In this document: positions 29,354 through 38,252 of the stretch, piece by piece
Numbering within the stretch: position 1 is the stretch's first letter
Layout: every line of letters begins with the position of its first letter
IMG/VR virus record: IMGVR_UViG_3300004241_000001
Coordinates: 32,001-96,000 of that record
Strand: one strand, 5' to 3'
Source: a virus
Taxonomy: Duplodnaviria > Caudoviricetes
Length of the DNA: 64,000 nt
Position numbers and translations under genes: made by a program
The notes under the pieces: generated by a model
Told to the model about the DNA's origin: nothing
The model's database searches: none
What the model saw: the letters and a program-made list of their open reading frames with translations, nothing else

Positions 29354-29845
29354 TTATAGTTTTTCTTTTATGCTGCAAATAAAGAAATTTTCCTTTAATA
29401 ACTCTGGACAAAATGACTTTTCTGATGGTCTATAATTAATGGGGATATTATCAAATTCAATAATATATGATTTAAAATATGTTTTGTCAAATGAGCAATC
29501 AACAATAAATATACAGTTTGCATCTTCTAATATATCTAAATATGTTATTTCTTTACTAAAAAATTTTTTAATGGTTTTATTACTAATTACAACTTCTAAA
29601 AAACGATATATTTCCCTATCGTTATAACTATCAACTAAAGAACATAATAAAATATCATTATTATCATTGTAACCGAGAAAAAGTATCGGCTTTTCATCAT
29701 AATGTAATATTTTGAATAATGCTGTAACTTTTGAATATCTCTCCTTAACTGGATATTTATTTTCAAGTGTCTCTGGTTCTCGATTATTCGCTCTTCTTAA
29801 TACTTTAACAAAATCATCAAGGCATTTTTCTTCTATTCCATTCAT
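29354..29845 (-). CDS. DUF6575-like protein, tandem paralog 1
   Basis: HYDEKPI...ITYLDIL...NIPINYRPSEKSFCP. Confidence 0.55.
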   Translation of the reverse strand: MNGIEEKCLDDFVKVLRRANNREPETLENKYPVKERYSKVTALFKILHYDEKPILFLGYNDNNDILLCSLVDSYNDREIYRFLEVVISNKTIKKFFSKEITYLDILEDANCIFIVDCSFDKTYFKSYIIEFDNIPINYRPSEKSFCPELLKENFFICSIKEKL

Positions 29846-29859
29846 ATTATGCTCCTTTT

Positions 29860-30621
29860 TTAAAATAATTCTGGATTATCTTCTTTTAATATCAGATACA
29901 AGTAATAAACATTCAATACTGCATCTGCCTTATCGTTGTCGTGATATGTAAAATCAAATCCAAATGTTTTATTTACAAAGTTTATTACCAATATTTTCTT
30001 CGCAAAATCATATTCAGTTATTGATGGTTTAATTGTACGATATTTTGTAAAATCAATCTCAGGATATTTATTGCGATAGTTCCCCGGGTCGTTGACGTAC
30101 TGTTGATATGTCATTCCTTCAAGTAGATGTCTTTTTGCCGGAGTTCCATCTTTCTTTATCTTTACTGGCTTCTTCGATATCTCTATCTGTTTCTTTTCAA
30201 ATTGAGATTCAGAGAGTATTCTATCGATATTAAATCCAAATTTTGCACGAATTGATGAAGCACATTTATATTCTACAAGTGGAGATGACCGTCTTTCTAA
30301 TTTGTAACGAGAGATTGCTTGTTCCACAACTGCCTGTATCTTTACAAGAGGTTTTACAGCGTCAAGATTATTTTTATTTGCAAATATCTCTTCAATGATA
30401 AACGCATCAGGTTGATAGAATTCTATATTTGTTTCAACGAACTCTTGAATTTCATTTAAAAGCTGTCCTATCTCTTGTGGAGTCGTTTTGAAAGATGGTT
30501 TCATAAACGAAGTATTTAACTTAAATTGATCTTTTAAATAACTATCAGATTTTGATACATCTGAGTCTAATACCGCAATTGCACACCCTTTAGTTGATAG
30601 GTCTAATGACATTAATTTCAT
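29860..30621 (-). CDS. RuvC-like Holliday junction resolvase with a large insertion
   Basis: MSLDLSTKGCAIAV, FIIEEIF and DNDKADAV catalytic motifs. Confidence 0.75.
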   Translation of the reverse strand: MKLMSLDLSTKGCAIAVLDSDVSKSDSYLKDQFKLNTSFMKPSFKTTPQEIGQLLNEIQEFVETNIEFYQPDAFIIEEIFANKNNLDAVKPLVKIQAVVEQAISRYKLERRSSPLVEYKCASSIRAKFGFNIDRILSESQFEKKQIEISKKPVKIKKDGTPAKRHLLEGMTYQQYVNDPGNYRNKYPEIDFTKYRTIKPSITEYDFAKKILVINFVNKTFGFDFTYHDNDKADAVLNVYYLYLILKEDNPELF

Positions 30622-30624
30622 ATT

Positions 30625-32490
30625 TTATTCCTTTCTCCCAAAATCTATTTCGATATTTTTCTTTAAAAACGATATTAACGAACTTCCGCGAGGTTTTCTA
30701 TTCGGAGGAAAATCTTTTATAGTTGAAATAATATCTTTTGAAAAATCTATTGTATCGTTATTATAAGTAAATTTTTCATTATACTCATAAGTTAATGAGT
30801 TTTCAATATGAATAAGAATTGACCAGTTGGTATCTGAAAAACATCTATTGAAATATGATTTACCAAGTTTTTCCATTACATCTTTTTTTGTAATATGCTT
30901 AATAGTTTTAATTCCATTTTGAATAAAGAAATAGCATTCTTCATTGGTTTCTCTCTTGAAGTTTGAAGAGTATTCTGGCAATGACAGATATGTTATTTGA
31001 GTATCATATTTAGAACCATCTATAGTTTTTGGAACAAATTTCTCAGGTATTTTCTTAAAGGACATTTTGTTAAAAAATTTAAGAAGGCAAAGAAGATTTA
31101 CTATTTTATGAACTTTCGTTTTGTCCATTCCGGTTTCTTTTGCGATATTTGACATTGCTTGAAATATACATGGGTTTCCATCAACAAACAAAATATCGTT
31201 ACTTGTTGAATGTTGCTTGAATTTATCAAGAATAAAATAGAACATTCTCATAGATTCTTTATTTAGCATCGCTCTAAAATGAGGAAGTTTTTCAAATCCT
31301 TTTATTGAATTTTTATTGTTTTTTATTCTTTCGCAAACAAGAATAGCAAATTTCTTACTTAATGAGATATTGAGTTTTTTACAAATAATATTTAAAAACT
31401 GATTTTCTTTCTTAACGCCCAAAGAGAGCATTAAGAAGTCTATAACTTTAATGTATTTACCACCCTCTGAACAATTTGAAGAAAAACAATAGAAGCCCCA
31501 TTCACCATTATCATTTTTCGATATAATTGCGCTTGCCGATGCGTCTTCGTGAAATGGGCAGCGGCATGAAAGCCTTACCCCTTTATTATGCTTTATTCCA
31601 AGTATTTCACGAAGATCATATTCTCTTAAAAAATTAAAGAATTCTGTGCCATCAAATAAGTTGCAATTTAATTCTTTGTTAAAATATATTTCAGGAATAG
31701 AAATGTTATCTAAGATATTTAACAACGATACTCTCTTCTTCACTATTGGGTTTATGATAACACGTTTATTACGAAATAGATTATTTTCATTAACGTTTTC
31801 AGAATAATTTGCAGTTTTTAATTCTTTAAGTAAGTAAATTTTATTATTTATAATTATTTCGGAAATTAAAAAAGGATTATTTACATCTTTTAAATGTAAA
31901 AATCCTGGAACTCTTAAAAGATTATTTATAGATTTAGCATTTTTATCGCAAACTATTTCAGCCGGTAAAACATTCTGTTCAAGATATGTATGAAACCCCT
32001 CTTGACAATTAAAAAACATATCTGAGGAAATATCATTTGTAAGCCAATAACAATGTAATCCATTATTTGTCTCAATGGCTTTCGATGGAAACAGATTAGA
32101 TTTATGTAATGAATTTATTATTTTTTGTTTTAGAATGTCACGATCATATTTAGGTAAGTTTTTAATATCAAAATCAGCAAATAAGCAAGAAACTCTTTTA
32201 ACTTTGTTTTTATCTCTTTTAAAACCATCAATGTAGTTCGGAGTAAAGAATACTCCATATCCACTTTTCTGAAACGGTTCAATAAAATAAATAAATTTTG
32301 AAATACTTTCTTCATTTAATTTTATAACATAACTTTTGATAGTTTTATTTCCATTATGATTTAATGGCGCGCTATCTAAACCATAATATATTGTAAATTC
32401 TTCATCTTTTTTATAAAAACTTGAAAAAAACTTTATTAAGTTATTGACTTTTTCTAAATTATTTTGTATTATTGTCATGTAAGTTTTCAT
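30625..32490 (-). CDS. RepB-type (AEP-related) primase / replication initiator with CHC2 Zn finger and a putative winged helix
   Basis: CLFADFD, IETNNGLHCYW, LLRVPGFLHLKD; CPFHED...CFSSNC; MSNIAKETGMDKTKVHKIVNLL HTH. Confidence 0.75.
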   Translation of the reverse strand: MKTYMTIIQNNLEKVNNLIKFFSSFYKKDEEFTIYYGLDSAPLNHNGNKTIKSYVIKLNEESISKFIYFIEPFQKSGYGVFFTPNYIDGFKRDKNKVKRVSCLFADFDIKNLPKYDRDILKQKIINSLHKSNLFPSKAIETNNGLHCYWLTNDISSDMFFNCQEGFHTYLEQNVLPAEIVCDKNAKSINNLLRVPGFLHLKDVNNPFLISEIIINNKIYLLKELKTANYSENVNENNLFRNKRVIINPIVKKRVSLLNILDNISIPEIYFNKELNCNLFDGTEFFNFLREYDLREILGIKHNKGVRLSCRCPFHEDASASAIISKNDNGEWGFYCFSSNCSEGGKYIKVIDFLMLSLGVKKENQFLNIICKKLNISLSKKFAILVCERIKNNKNSIKGFEKLPHFRAMLNKESMRMFYFILDKFKQHSTSNDILFVDGNPCIFQAMSNIAKETGMDKTKVHKIVNLLCLLKFFNKMSFKKIPEKFVPKTIDGSKYDTQITYLSLPEYSSNFKRETNEECYFFIQNGIKTIKHITKKDVMEKLGKSYFNRCFSDTNWSILIHIENSLTYEYNEKFTYNNDTIDFSKDIISTIKDFPPNRKPRGSSLISFLKKNIEIDFGRKE

Positions 32491-32540
32491 TTAAAAGAGC
32501 CGGGGCTTGTGACCCATTAACGGCTCTTTTTTATTTCCTC
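32491..32540 (-). promoter_or_regulatory. Structured translation-initiation leader of the rep/primase gene
   Basis: GAGGA-AATAA-[AAAAGAGCCG...CGGCTCTTTT hairpin]-AA-ATG; an 8-codon uORF starts inside the loop. Confidence 0.55.
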
Positions 32541-32545
32541 GCTTT

Positions 32546-32731
32546 TTAATTATTTTCTTTTTCTTCAGGATTATTTTTCATAAAATCAAATACCGATCTT
32601 CTTAACATACCATTTCTTGTCATACCTTTATTTACACAAAACTGACTTAATTTATTAAATTCATCAAGACTTAGAAAACAAGATATTTGCATTTTCCTAT
32701 CTTTATTTGTATTGCTACTTGTTCTTGGCAT
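32546..32731 (-). CDS. Ribbon-helix-helix (CopG-like) regulator
   Basis: MQISCFLSLDEFNKLSQFCVNKGMTRNGMLRRSVFDF pattern; GAGGT SD before ATG 32731. Confidence 0.65.
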   Translation of the reverse strand: MPRTSSNTNKDRKMQISCFLSLDEFNKLSQFCVNKGMTRNGMLRRSVFDFMKNNPEEKENN

Positions 32732-32760
32732 ATCTCTTTTACCTCTTCTCATCTTTTTAT

Positions 32761-32789
32761 ATTTTATCAAATAATTTTAAAACTGTCAA
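32761..32789 (-). promoter_or_regulatory. Sigma70-type promoter of the RHH-rep unit
   Basis: TTGACA, 17 bp spacer, TGaTAAAAT. Confidence 0.7.
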
Positions 32790-32812
32790 TGTATTTTTAA
32801 AATAATATTAAT

Positions 32813-33106
32813 TTATTTTATTTCTTCTTTATTTTCGTTTACTTTCCCAAATCTTGCCGTTTTTATTCCAAGTTTTTTTGCCGTTTCGCTCATCTTTGTC
32901 CAGTTGTATGAAATCTGCCTTGCCAAACTATATTCTTCCAAAGTCCAATCATTGCCTTTGCCTCTCAAAATCTCTTTACATGCATTTATTATTTCTGTTA
33001 CATCTGCCTCTATTTCAACAACACAGCTCTTACCACCACTCTGACATTTAACCTCTGCTTCATTGGTATAATATGGTTTTCCATCTTTAAAAAATAAAGT
33101 TCCCAC
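32813..33106 (-). CDS. Hypothetical protein
   Basis: 97-aa ORF coupled to the upstream gene. Confidence 0.55.
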   Translation of the reverse strand: MGTLFFKDGKPYYTNEAEVKCQSGGKSCVVEIEADVTEIINACKEILRGKGNDWTLEEYSLARQISYNWTKMSETAKKLGIKTARFGKVNENKEEIK

Positions 33107-34956
33107 TAAAGAACAACACCTTTCTTTTTTAATTTATATATGGCAATCACATTACCATATAACTCTTTTGAAACTTCAAAGTTTTCTTCAAGTAAATTAA
33201 TTAAGCCTTTGGATATATATGTATGCTCAGATATATAGAAAACATTCTTGTAGTTTATTTTAAGTATTGCCTTGTCCTCTATCTGAGTCCTCTCGATATG
33301 ACCGGAATATTTTGGAAAAGTATATTTAACTTGTTTCAGATTACCAAAGTTTTCAAAATCAAAACAATTAAATACGATTTCTCCGTCCGGTCTTAAAATC
33401 TTGTAGAACATTTTTATCAGTCCAAGGAATTGATCTTTCGATAATCCAATATAATCAAAATAATTAAAAAGAACAATTTTCTCAAACTTTTTGTTCCCAA
33501 ACGATAATAACAAACGATCTTCTTTCTTATGACTCTTAAGTTCTGTCATAGCGTCCATGTCATTATATATTGTCAATTTATGCCTATATTGTTCAAATCT
33601 AAACAACTCTGAAAGATAATATGAATTCTGGCCATAAAAAAGAATATCACTATTTGCCCTGTCATTCTTTATATATTTAAGAAATTCTTTTGATAATGAC
33701 AATGGAAGATTCTTAAACTCTGAAGAGTTATCTTTTTTTACCTTTCCATTATATGTTGTAATTTCTTCTATAGCCTTTACTATGACCGCTGTAGTTAATT
33801 CTTTATGCTCTGAGGTAAAAGATATCGACAACTCCTTTAACCCTATCTCTACGGCCTTAATATCGCATGATAAAATATAATATCCAATATTCTCATGGTA
33901 GATGATATAGTATGGTTTTTTATCAAATTCTACATACTCTTTGTTTGAAAAAACTTCAGACATGACCCTATTTGAATGGAAATACTTTACAACATTCGGA
34001 CATGCAATATAATTTGTTTCAGCCGGCATAAAAACAAAGAATATTGGTTTGCGATACATCAATATCGATTGAGAATTTAATCTTACAGAATTTATCATAT
34101 TTGCAATATCAAAGGCGTTAGACGAAATATAATTCCCTTTTGGCACCCTTGAACATACTACATAATTATTTTTATATGTATCTTTCGCCAGGATGTTTTT
34201 AAATATTGAATATTTTTGTATATCGCTTTTAAGATTTAAAACAAGGTCTCCAGAGAATAAATATCCAATTTCAATATCTTTAAATGTTTTGATGTGTAGA
34301 AAATAAGGCTCTACTTTATTAAATATTTCTTTGTATATTTTATCTGAATCAGGAATAGAAATATCAGAATATTTTATCTCTGTCTTTCTCCCAAACCAAT
34401 CGTTATTTATTAAAAATGAAAGCTGCTCGATGTCATTTATTATGAATAGTTTTATCTTTTGCTCATCTTTGCATACTGCATACATTTTAAACTGTTCGTT
34501 CCTGTATCTAATGATACAATATTGTAAGTTATATTCATTTATCATTTTACGACCAAAATCTTCAATTTTGTCTTTTGGAACGCAGAAATGAGAGATAGTA
34601 AAAATTATTGCAACATTGGAATCTTTTCTTAAGAGTTTTAATTCATTAATAGTTGATTCAAAGAGAATAACATGATGAAAATCAGTTCCATGAATATTTG
34701 CAAAAGTATCAAAACCATTTTTTAAGTCATTAATATTTATAAATTTTACTTTAAAGCGATGTCTTTTTTCAAATGATATTGGCATCGAAGAAAGGATCGT
34801 AAGATTTCTATTGAATCTTTTAAAGTTGCGATTGTATATGTTACACTCAGCCTTTAATATACTTTCTGCGATAAGTCTATCATCATAGAAAGAATTACTT
34901 TTAGTATTCTTTATAACTGCTAACATTCTATGCTTTTGATAAGTTGTTATTTTCAT
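33106..34956 (-). CDS. Multidomain protein with a C-terminal SAM-methyltransferase-like fold; N-terminal parts possibly degenerate CoaB-like and class II aldolase-like
   Basis: SDILFYGQNSYYLS...FEKIVLFNYFDYI...FYKILRPDGEIVFN resembles class I MTase motifs; the other domains are weak pattern matches. Confidence 0.4.
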   Translation of the reverse strand: MKITTYQKHRMLAVIKNTKSNSFYDDRLIAESILKAECNIYNRNFKRFNRNLTILSSMPISFEKRHRFKVKFININDLKNGFDTFANIHGTDFHHVILFESTINELKLLRKDSNVAIIFTISHFCVPKDKIEDFGRKMINEYNLQYCIIRYRNEQFKMYAVCKDEQKIKLFIINDIEQLSFLINNDWFGRKTEIKYSDISIPDSDKIYKEIFNKVEPYFLHIKTFKDIEIGYLFSGDLVLNLKSDIQKYSIFKNILAKDTYKNNYVVCSRVPKGNYISSNAFDIANMINSVRLNSQSILMYRKPIFFVFMPAETNYIACPNVVKYFHSNRVMSEVFSNKEYVEFDKKPYYIIYHENIGYYILSCDIKAVEIGLKELSISFTSEHKELTTAVIVKAIEEITTYNGKVKKDNSSEFKNLPLSLSKEFLKYIKNDRANSDILFYGQNSYYLSELFRFEQYRHKLTIYNDMDAMTELKSHKKEDRLLLSFGNKKFEKIVLFNYFDYIGLSKDQFLGLIKMFYKILRPDGEIVFNCFDFENFGNLKQVKYTFPKYSGHIERTQIEDKAILKINYKNVFYISEHTYISKGLINLLEENFEVSKELYGNVIAIYKLKKKGVVL

Positions 34957-35135
34957 ATTTTCTTTCTCTTTTTTCTTATTTTTATTTCAGCGAGTCTTGG
35001 ATTTGCTATTTCATAATCAATTAATGTTTCTACAAAATTACTAAAGGAATAATTTAACTTCTTCGATCTTTTCTTGCCGTTGAAATGTATTTGTTTATCA
35101 AGTGTTACAAGCACTCTTTTCTTTGGGATCTTCAA
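34953..35135 (-). CDS. Ribbon-helix-helix regulator
   Basis: KRVLVTLDKQIH...LNYSFSNFVETLIDYEI; AAGGAGGTG SD with TTG start. Confidence 0.6.
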   Translation of the reverse strand: MKIPKKRVLVTLDKQIHFNGKKRSKKLNYSFSNFVETLIDYEIANPRLAEIKIRKKRKKI

Positions 35136-35160
35136 ATGTTTTCACCTCCTTATGTTTTTA

Positions 35161-35189
35161 AGTATATACTATTTTATTTCAAATGTCAA
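35161..35189 (-). promoter_or_regulatory. Sigma70-type promoter with palindrome AGTATATACT over the -10
   Basis: TTGACA, 17 bp spacer, TATACT. Confidence 0.7.
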
Positions 35190-35676
35190 GTGGATGTTCA
35201 ATATTATTTATATTTTTTAATTCATTTGTTAATTTTTCTATTTCTTTAGATTCTCTATCTTTTTGAAATAATAAAGTTGTGATTTGCCTTTCTATTTCTG
35301 ATTTTCTGAAATAATAGTAACAATCTTCTATATCTTTGTCAACTTCAAGCCCATATTTTTTTGCGGCTTTTATAATATCATCTCTTAAAAAGTTATAGTA
35401 TTTTTCATTTTGTATTTGAACAACCATTCGTTCTATTTCTTTTTTAATGCCTTTTATTAAAGAATCTTTTGCCTCTTCTTCTGTTTTAAAGAAATCTCTT
35501 CCATTGGAGGCAACTACAGCATTTTGGACTATACCATTTTCTAATCTTATTTCTAATGATACTTCGTCATTAAACTTAGAAATTTCAAATATTTCATAGT
35601 CTGATACATAATACTTTATTTCACCATCTAAAATATCTTTTATAGTCTGGAACTCGTTTTTTATTATTTTATTCAT
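35179..35676 (-). CDS. Hypothetical protein
   Basis: 165-aa ORF, AAGGAG SD, FFKTEEEAK motif. Confidence 0.6.
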   Translation of the reverse strand: MNKIIKNEFQTIKDILDGEIKYYVSDYEIFEISKFNDEVSLEIRLENGIVQNAVVASNGRDFFKTEEEAKDSLIKGIKKEIERMVVQIQNEKYYNFLRDDIIKAAKKYGLEVDKDIEDCYYYFRKSEIERQITTLLFQKDRESKEIEKLTNELKNINNIEHPLDI

Positions 35677-35692
35677 TTTAAATTCTCCTTAA

Positions 35693-36070
35693 TTAATTTT
35701 CGTTACCTTTAAAAAAGAACCATCCAATTATGACAAAAACCACAACAACATAGAAATATGGGCTTGATAAAACTCCTTTTATAAATTGTTGATTGGCTAT
35801 TATTTGTTGTTGCCTAATAGTTTGTTCTTGTTGATATGCTTGAGTTTGGGTAATCTGTTCGTTTTTTGAATATCCTATTATTCTGTTAGCATCGTCTAAA
35901 ATCCATTGTTTTATTATTATTGCTTCATCAGTAGTCATTTTTGATTTAGTCACAAAACAATCGTCAGATAAAACTGTTACTATTGTTGATTTCTGAACTT
36001 TCTCTTTTCTTAATTGTTCTCTGCGTTGTGCTTGTTGGGCGGAATTTCCTGTAACTATTACTGGCGACAT
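35693..36070 (-). CDS. Membrane protein with a C-terminal TM helix
   Basis: Gln-rich linker then YFYVVVVFVIIGWFFF. Confidence 0.6.
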   Translation of the reverse strand: MSPVIVTGNSAQQAQRREQLRKEKVQKSTIVTVLSDDCFVTKSKMTTDEAIIIKQWILDDANRIIGYSKNEQITQTQAYQQEQTIRQQQIIANQQFIKGVLSSPYFYVVVVFVIIGWFFFKGNEN

Positions 36071-36086
36071 AAAACTCTCCTTTGTT

Positions 36087-36575
36087 TTATAAATTAGAAT
36101 TATCTATTACTGTCTTCCTTTTTCTTTTTAAATTGTTTATTTCGTCTATTTTTAAAAAGACTTCCTTAAGGTTATCAATATCGTTTCCTTCTGTTATTTC
36201 GTTTATTCTTATAATAAGTCTTTGAACTTTTAAATCAATTAAATTTATTAGTTCTTTTTTATTGACTTTATTTAAATCAGGAACTTGTCCAATAATAAGA
36301 TAAACTAATTTACAAAAATCTTCTTTACTTAACCAATTTTTTCTACTTATTTTTAAATGAATATTTTTACCTTCGGGAGCCATATAAAGATACGGAGATT
36401 CATATACCCATCCTGCCTCCATTGTTAAAAAGTTTTTATCTTCTTCTTCCATTTTGTTTTTTAAAGTAATAAAAATACTTTGTTCAGGAAAAGCAATTGC
36501 TTTATACGACTCTATTCCGTATTTTTGAATTATTTCAGAACTCGTCCGCATGTCGTCTAAAAACTTACAATCCAT
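36087..36575 (-). CDS. Hypothetical protein
   Basis: 162-aa ORF. Confidence 0.55.
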   Translation of the reverse strand: MDCKFLDDMRTSSEIIQKYGIESYKAIAFPEQSIFITLKNKMEEEDKNFLTMEAGWVYESPYLYMAPEGKNIHLKISRKNWLSKEDFCKLVYLIIGQVPDLNKVNKKELINLIDLKVQRLIIRINEITEGNDIDNLKEVFLKIDEINNLKRKRKTVIDNSNL

Positions 36576-36579
36576 TCTT

Positions 36580-37020
36580 TCACATCCTTATTATTTGAAT
36601 AGTTACATATTTTGGTAATTCCCAGGCAATCTTTTTATCCCACACCGCTATATCAATTTTTTTACCTTTTATCTTACTTCCAATATCACAAGCATAAAAA
36701 AGCTTACCCGGAAATTCTTTTATATGAAAGTATGTTTTAAGTGGAATAATCTTCTTATCCACGGCAACCGTAATGTATTTATAATTACATTGCATTGTCC
36801 TGACAGGATTACCGAACTTATCTTTCTTTGAACCTTCGATATGTTTTTCATGCTTGCTTGCGGTATATGGATAAAATCCAAATGCTTTGATGTTATTTAT
36901 TTCTTTTACGATTATCGGTTTTAGTGGCCGATAAATTTTACATGGAATAAAGCCTTCTATTATTGAAAAGTTTGGGAAAAGCAAAATAAGTATTGCTAAT
37001 ATTATTTCTAACAATGTCAT
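36580..37020 (-). CDS. 3D-domain (MltA-like) cell-wall protein with a signal anchor
   Basis: TVAVDKKIIPL, ACDIGSKIKGKKIDI three-Asp motif. Confidence 0.8.
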   Translation of the reverse strand: MTLLEIILAILILLFPNFSIIEGFIPCKIYRPLKPIIVKEINNIKAFGFYPYTASKHEKHIEGSKKDKFGNPVRTMQCNYKYITVAVDKKIIPLKTYFHIKEFPGKLFYACDIGSKIKGKKIDIAVWDKKIAWELPKYVTIQIIRM

Positions 37021-37079
37021 TCACCTCGTATATTAATTTTATTCATTGATTGCGCCTCCGATTGCACAAAAGTTTATAT

Positions 37080-37108
37080 ATTATATCATAGTTTAGTCAT
37101 TATTTCAA
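37080..37108 (-). promoter_or_regulatory. Sigma70-type promoter
   Basis: TTGAAA, 17 bp spacer, TGaTATAAT. Confidence 0.55.
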
Positions 37109-37617
37109 TTTAGATTTTGACTTTCACAAAGTCTTGAAATAAAATTAATAAAATCAGTTTTTGCAAAAGAAAGTTCTTCATACTGCTTTTTTTCTAATGC
37201 AGCTATATAGTTTTGTTTTTCTAAAAATATATCATATAGCTCTTTGTTTATATTAGCGCGAACTCGATAAGATAGTGGAATTCTGCAAAATTCATTATCA
37301 TAAAATATATTCATGTTTTGGGTCTTCTCTTGATATAACTCAAGGCAATAAAAATATCCATCATCATCTACAAGATAATAGCCTTTATCTAATTTTAATA
37401 TTTCTTCTTTCGTTAAAGGTTTATATAATTTTATATTGGGCCTTAGGTTCAGTTTTTGCCTAATTTTGCCTTCATTGTATAATGTACTGTCAACTTTGCA
37501 AATACTATCTCCATTTGAAGTTATGTAACTGATTATTAATTTATCAGTGTCTTTATTATAGATAACAATACAATTTGTATCATTTAAAATTATTTCTTTA
37601 CATGTAAAATTTTCCAT
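37105..37617 (-). CDS. Hypothetical protein, intact paralog of 37627-38143
   Basis: CKEIILNDTNCIVIYNKDTDKLII...YYLVDDDG. Confidence 0.65.
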   Translation of the reverse strand: MENFTCKEIILNDTNCIVIYNKDTDKLIISYITSNGDSICKVDSTLYNEGKIRQKLNLRPNIKLYKPLTKEEILKLDKGYYLVDDDGYFYCLELYQEKTQNMNIFYDNEFCRIPLSYRVRANINKELYDIFLEKQNYIAALEKKQYEELSFAKTDFINFISRLCESQNLN

Positions 37618-37626
37618 TTTTCCTCC

Positions 37627-38143
37627 TTATTTATCGCAAATAGCAGAAATTAAATCTTTTAAATCATTTTCTGCATATGAAAGCTCTTCATTAAGTTGGC
37701 AGATTTTTATTTCTAATACTTTTATATCTTTTTGTTTTTGGCTAAATAATTCATGCTGTTCATTACTAATTGTTTTTATAACTTTATAAGAGTTTGAGGT
37801 CGAGATCTCATAAAAAAATTTATCATAATACGAAGTTATATTTCCCGATTTAATTTCATATAGTTCTAAACAAATGTAGTCTCCACCATCATTTACAAGA
37901 TAATATTTAGAACCAAGTTTTAGAAATTCTTCTTTGATTAAAGTCTTATGAATTTTAAAATCAGGTGCTAGATTTAACCCCCTCTCTAATAGTTTTTTCG
38001 TCATACGAATTTACATTTATTTTAAGTAAGTTTTCTCCATTATCAGATATAGAATTTATTATTAATTTGTCTGTGTTTTTGTTATATATTGCTATACAGT
38101 TTATGTTATTTAATATCAATTCCTTGCATATAATATCTCCCAT
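37627..38143 (-). pseudogene. Paralog of 37105-37617 split by one extra G in a G5 run
   Basis: Removing one C from 37978-37982 fuses the two ORFs into IREGLNLAPD, co-linear with the paralog's IRQKLNLRPN. Confidence 0.75.
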
Positions 38144-38161
38144 ATTTTCTCCTTATCTGTT

Positions 38162-38247
38162 AAAGCCGGCTGACGAATCAACGTCTGACACCGATCTCTT
38201 CCAGTTCAAAACCAGTTTGAACCTTTGATTAAAGTATCACCGGCCTT
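38162..38247 (-). ncRNA. Candidate structured RNA with a multi-stem junction and pseudoknot; family not recognised
   Basis: Stems AAGGCCGG/CCGGCUUU, UGAUAC/GUGUCA, GUUCAAA/UUUGAAC, GACG/CGUC; loop UUGAUU is complementary to AAUCAA. Confidence 0.5.
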
Positions 38248-38252
38248 ATATT

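Noticed and set aside
38165-38245. Hammerhead ribozyme on the + strand (CTGACGA core), or HDV-like / SAM-I RNA on the - strand
   Set aside because: No GAAA plus stem III for a hammerhead, no P1.1 GG or P4 for HDV, and no GCAACC core for SAM-I
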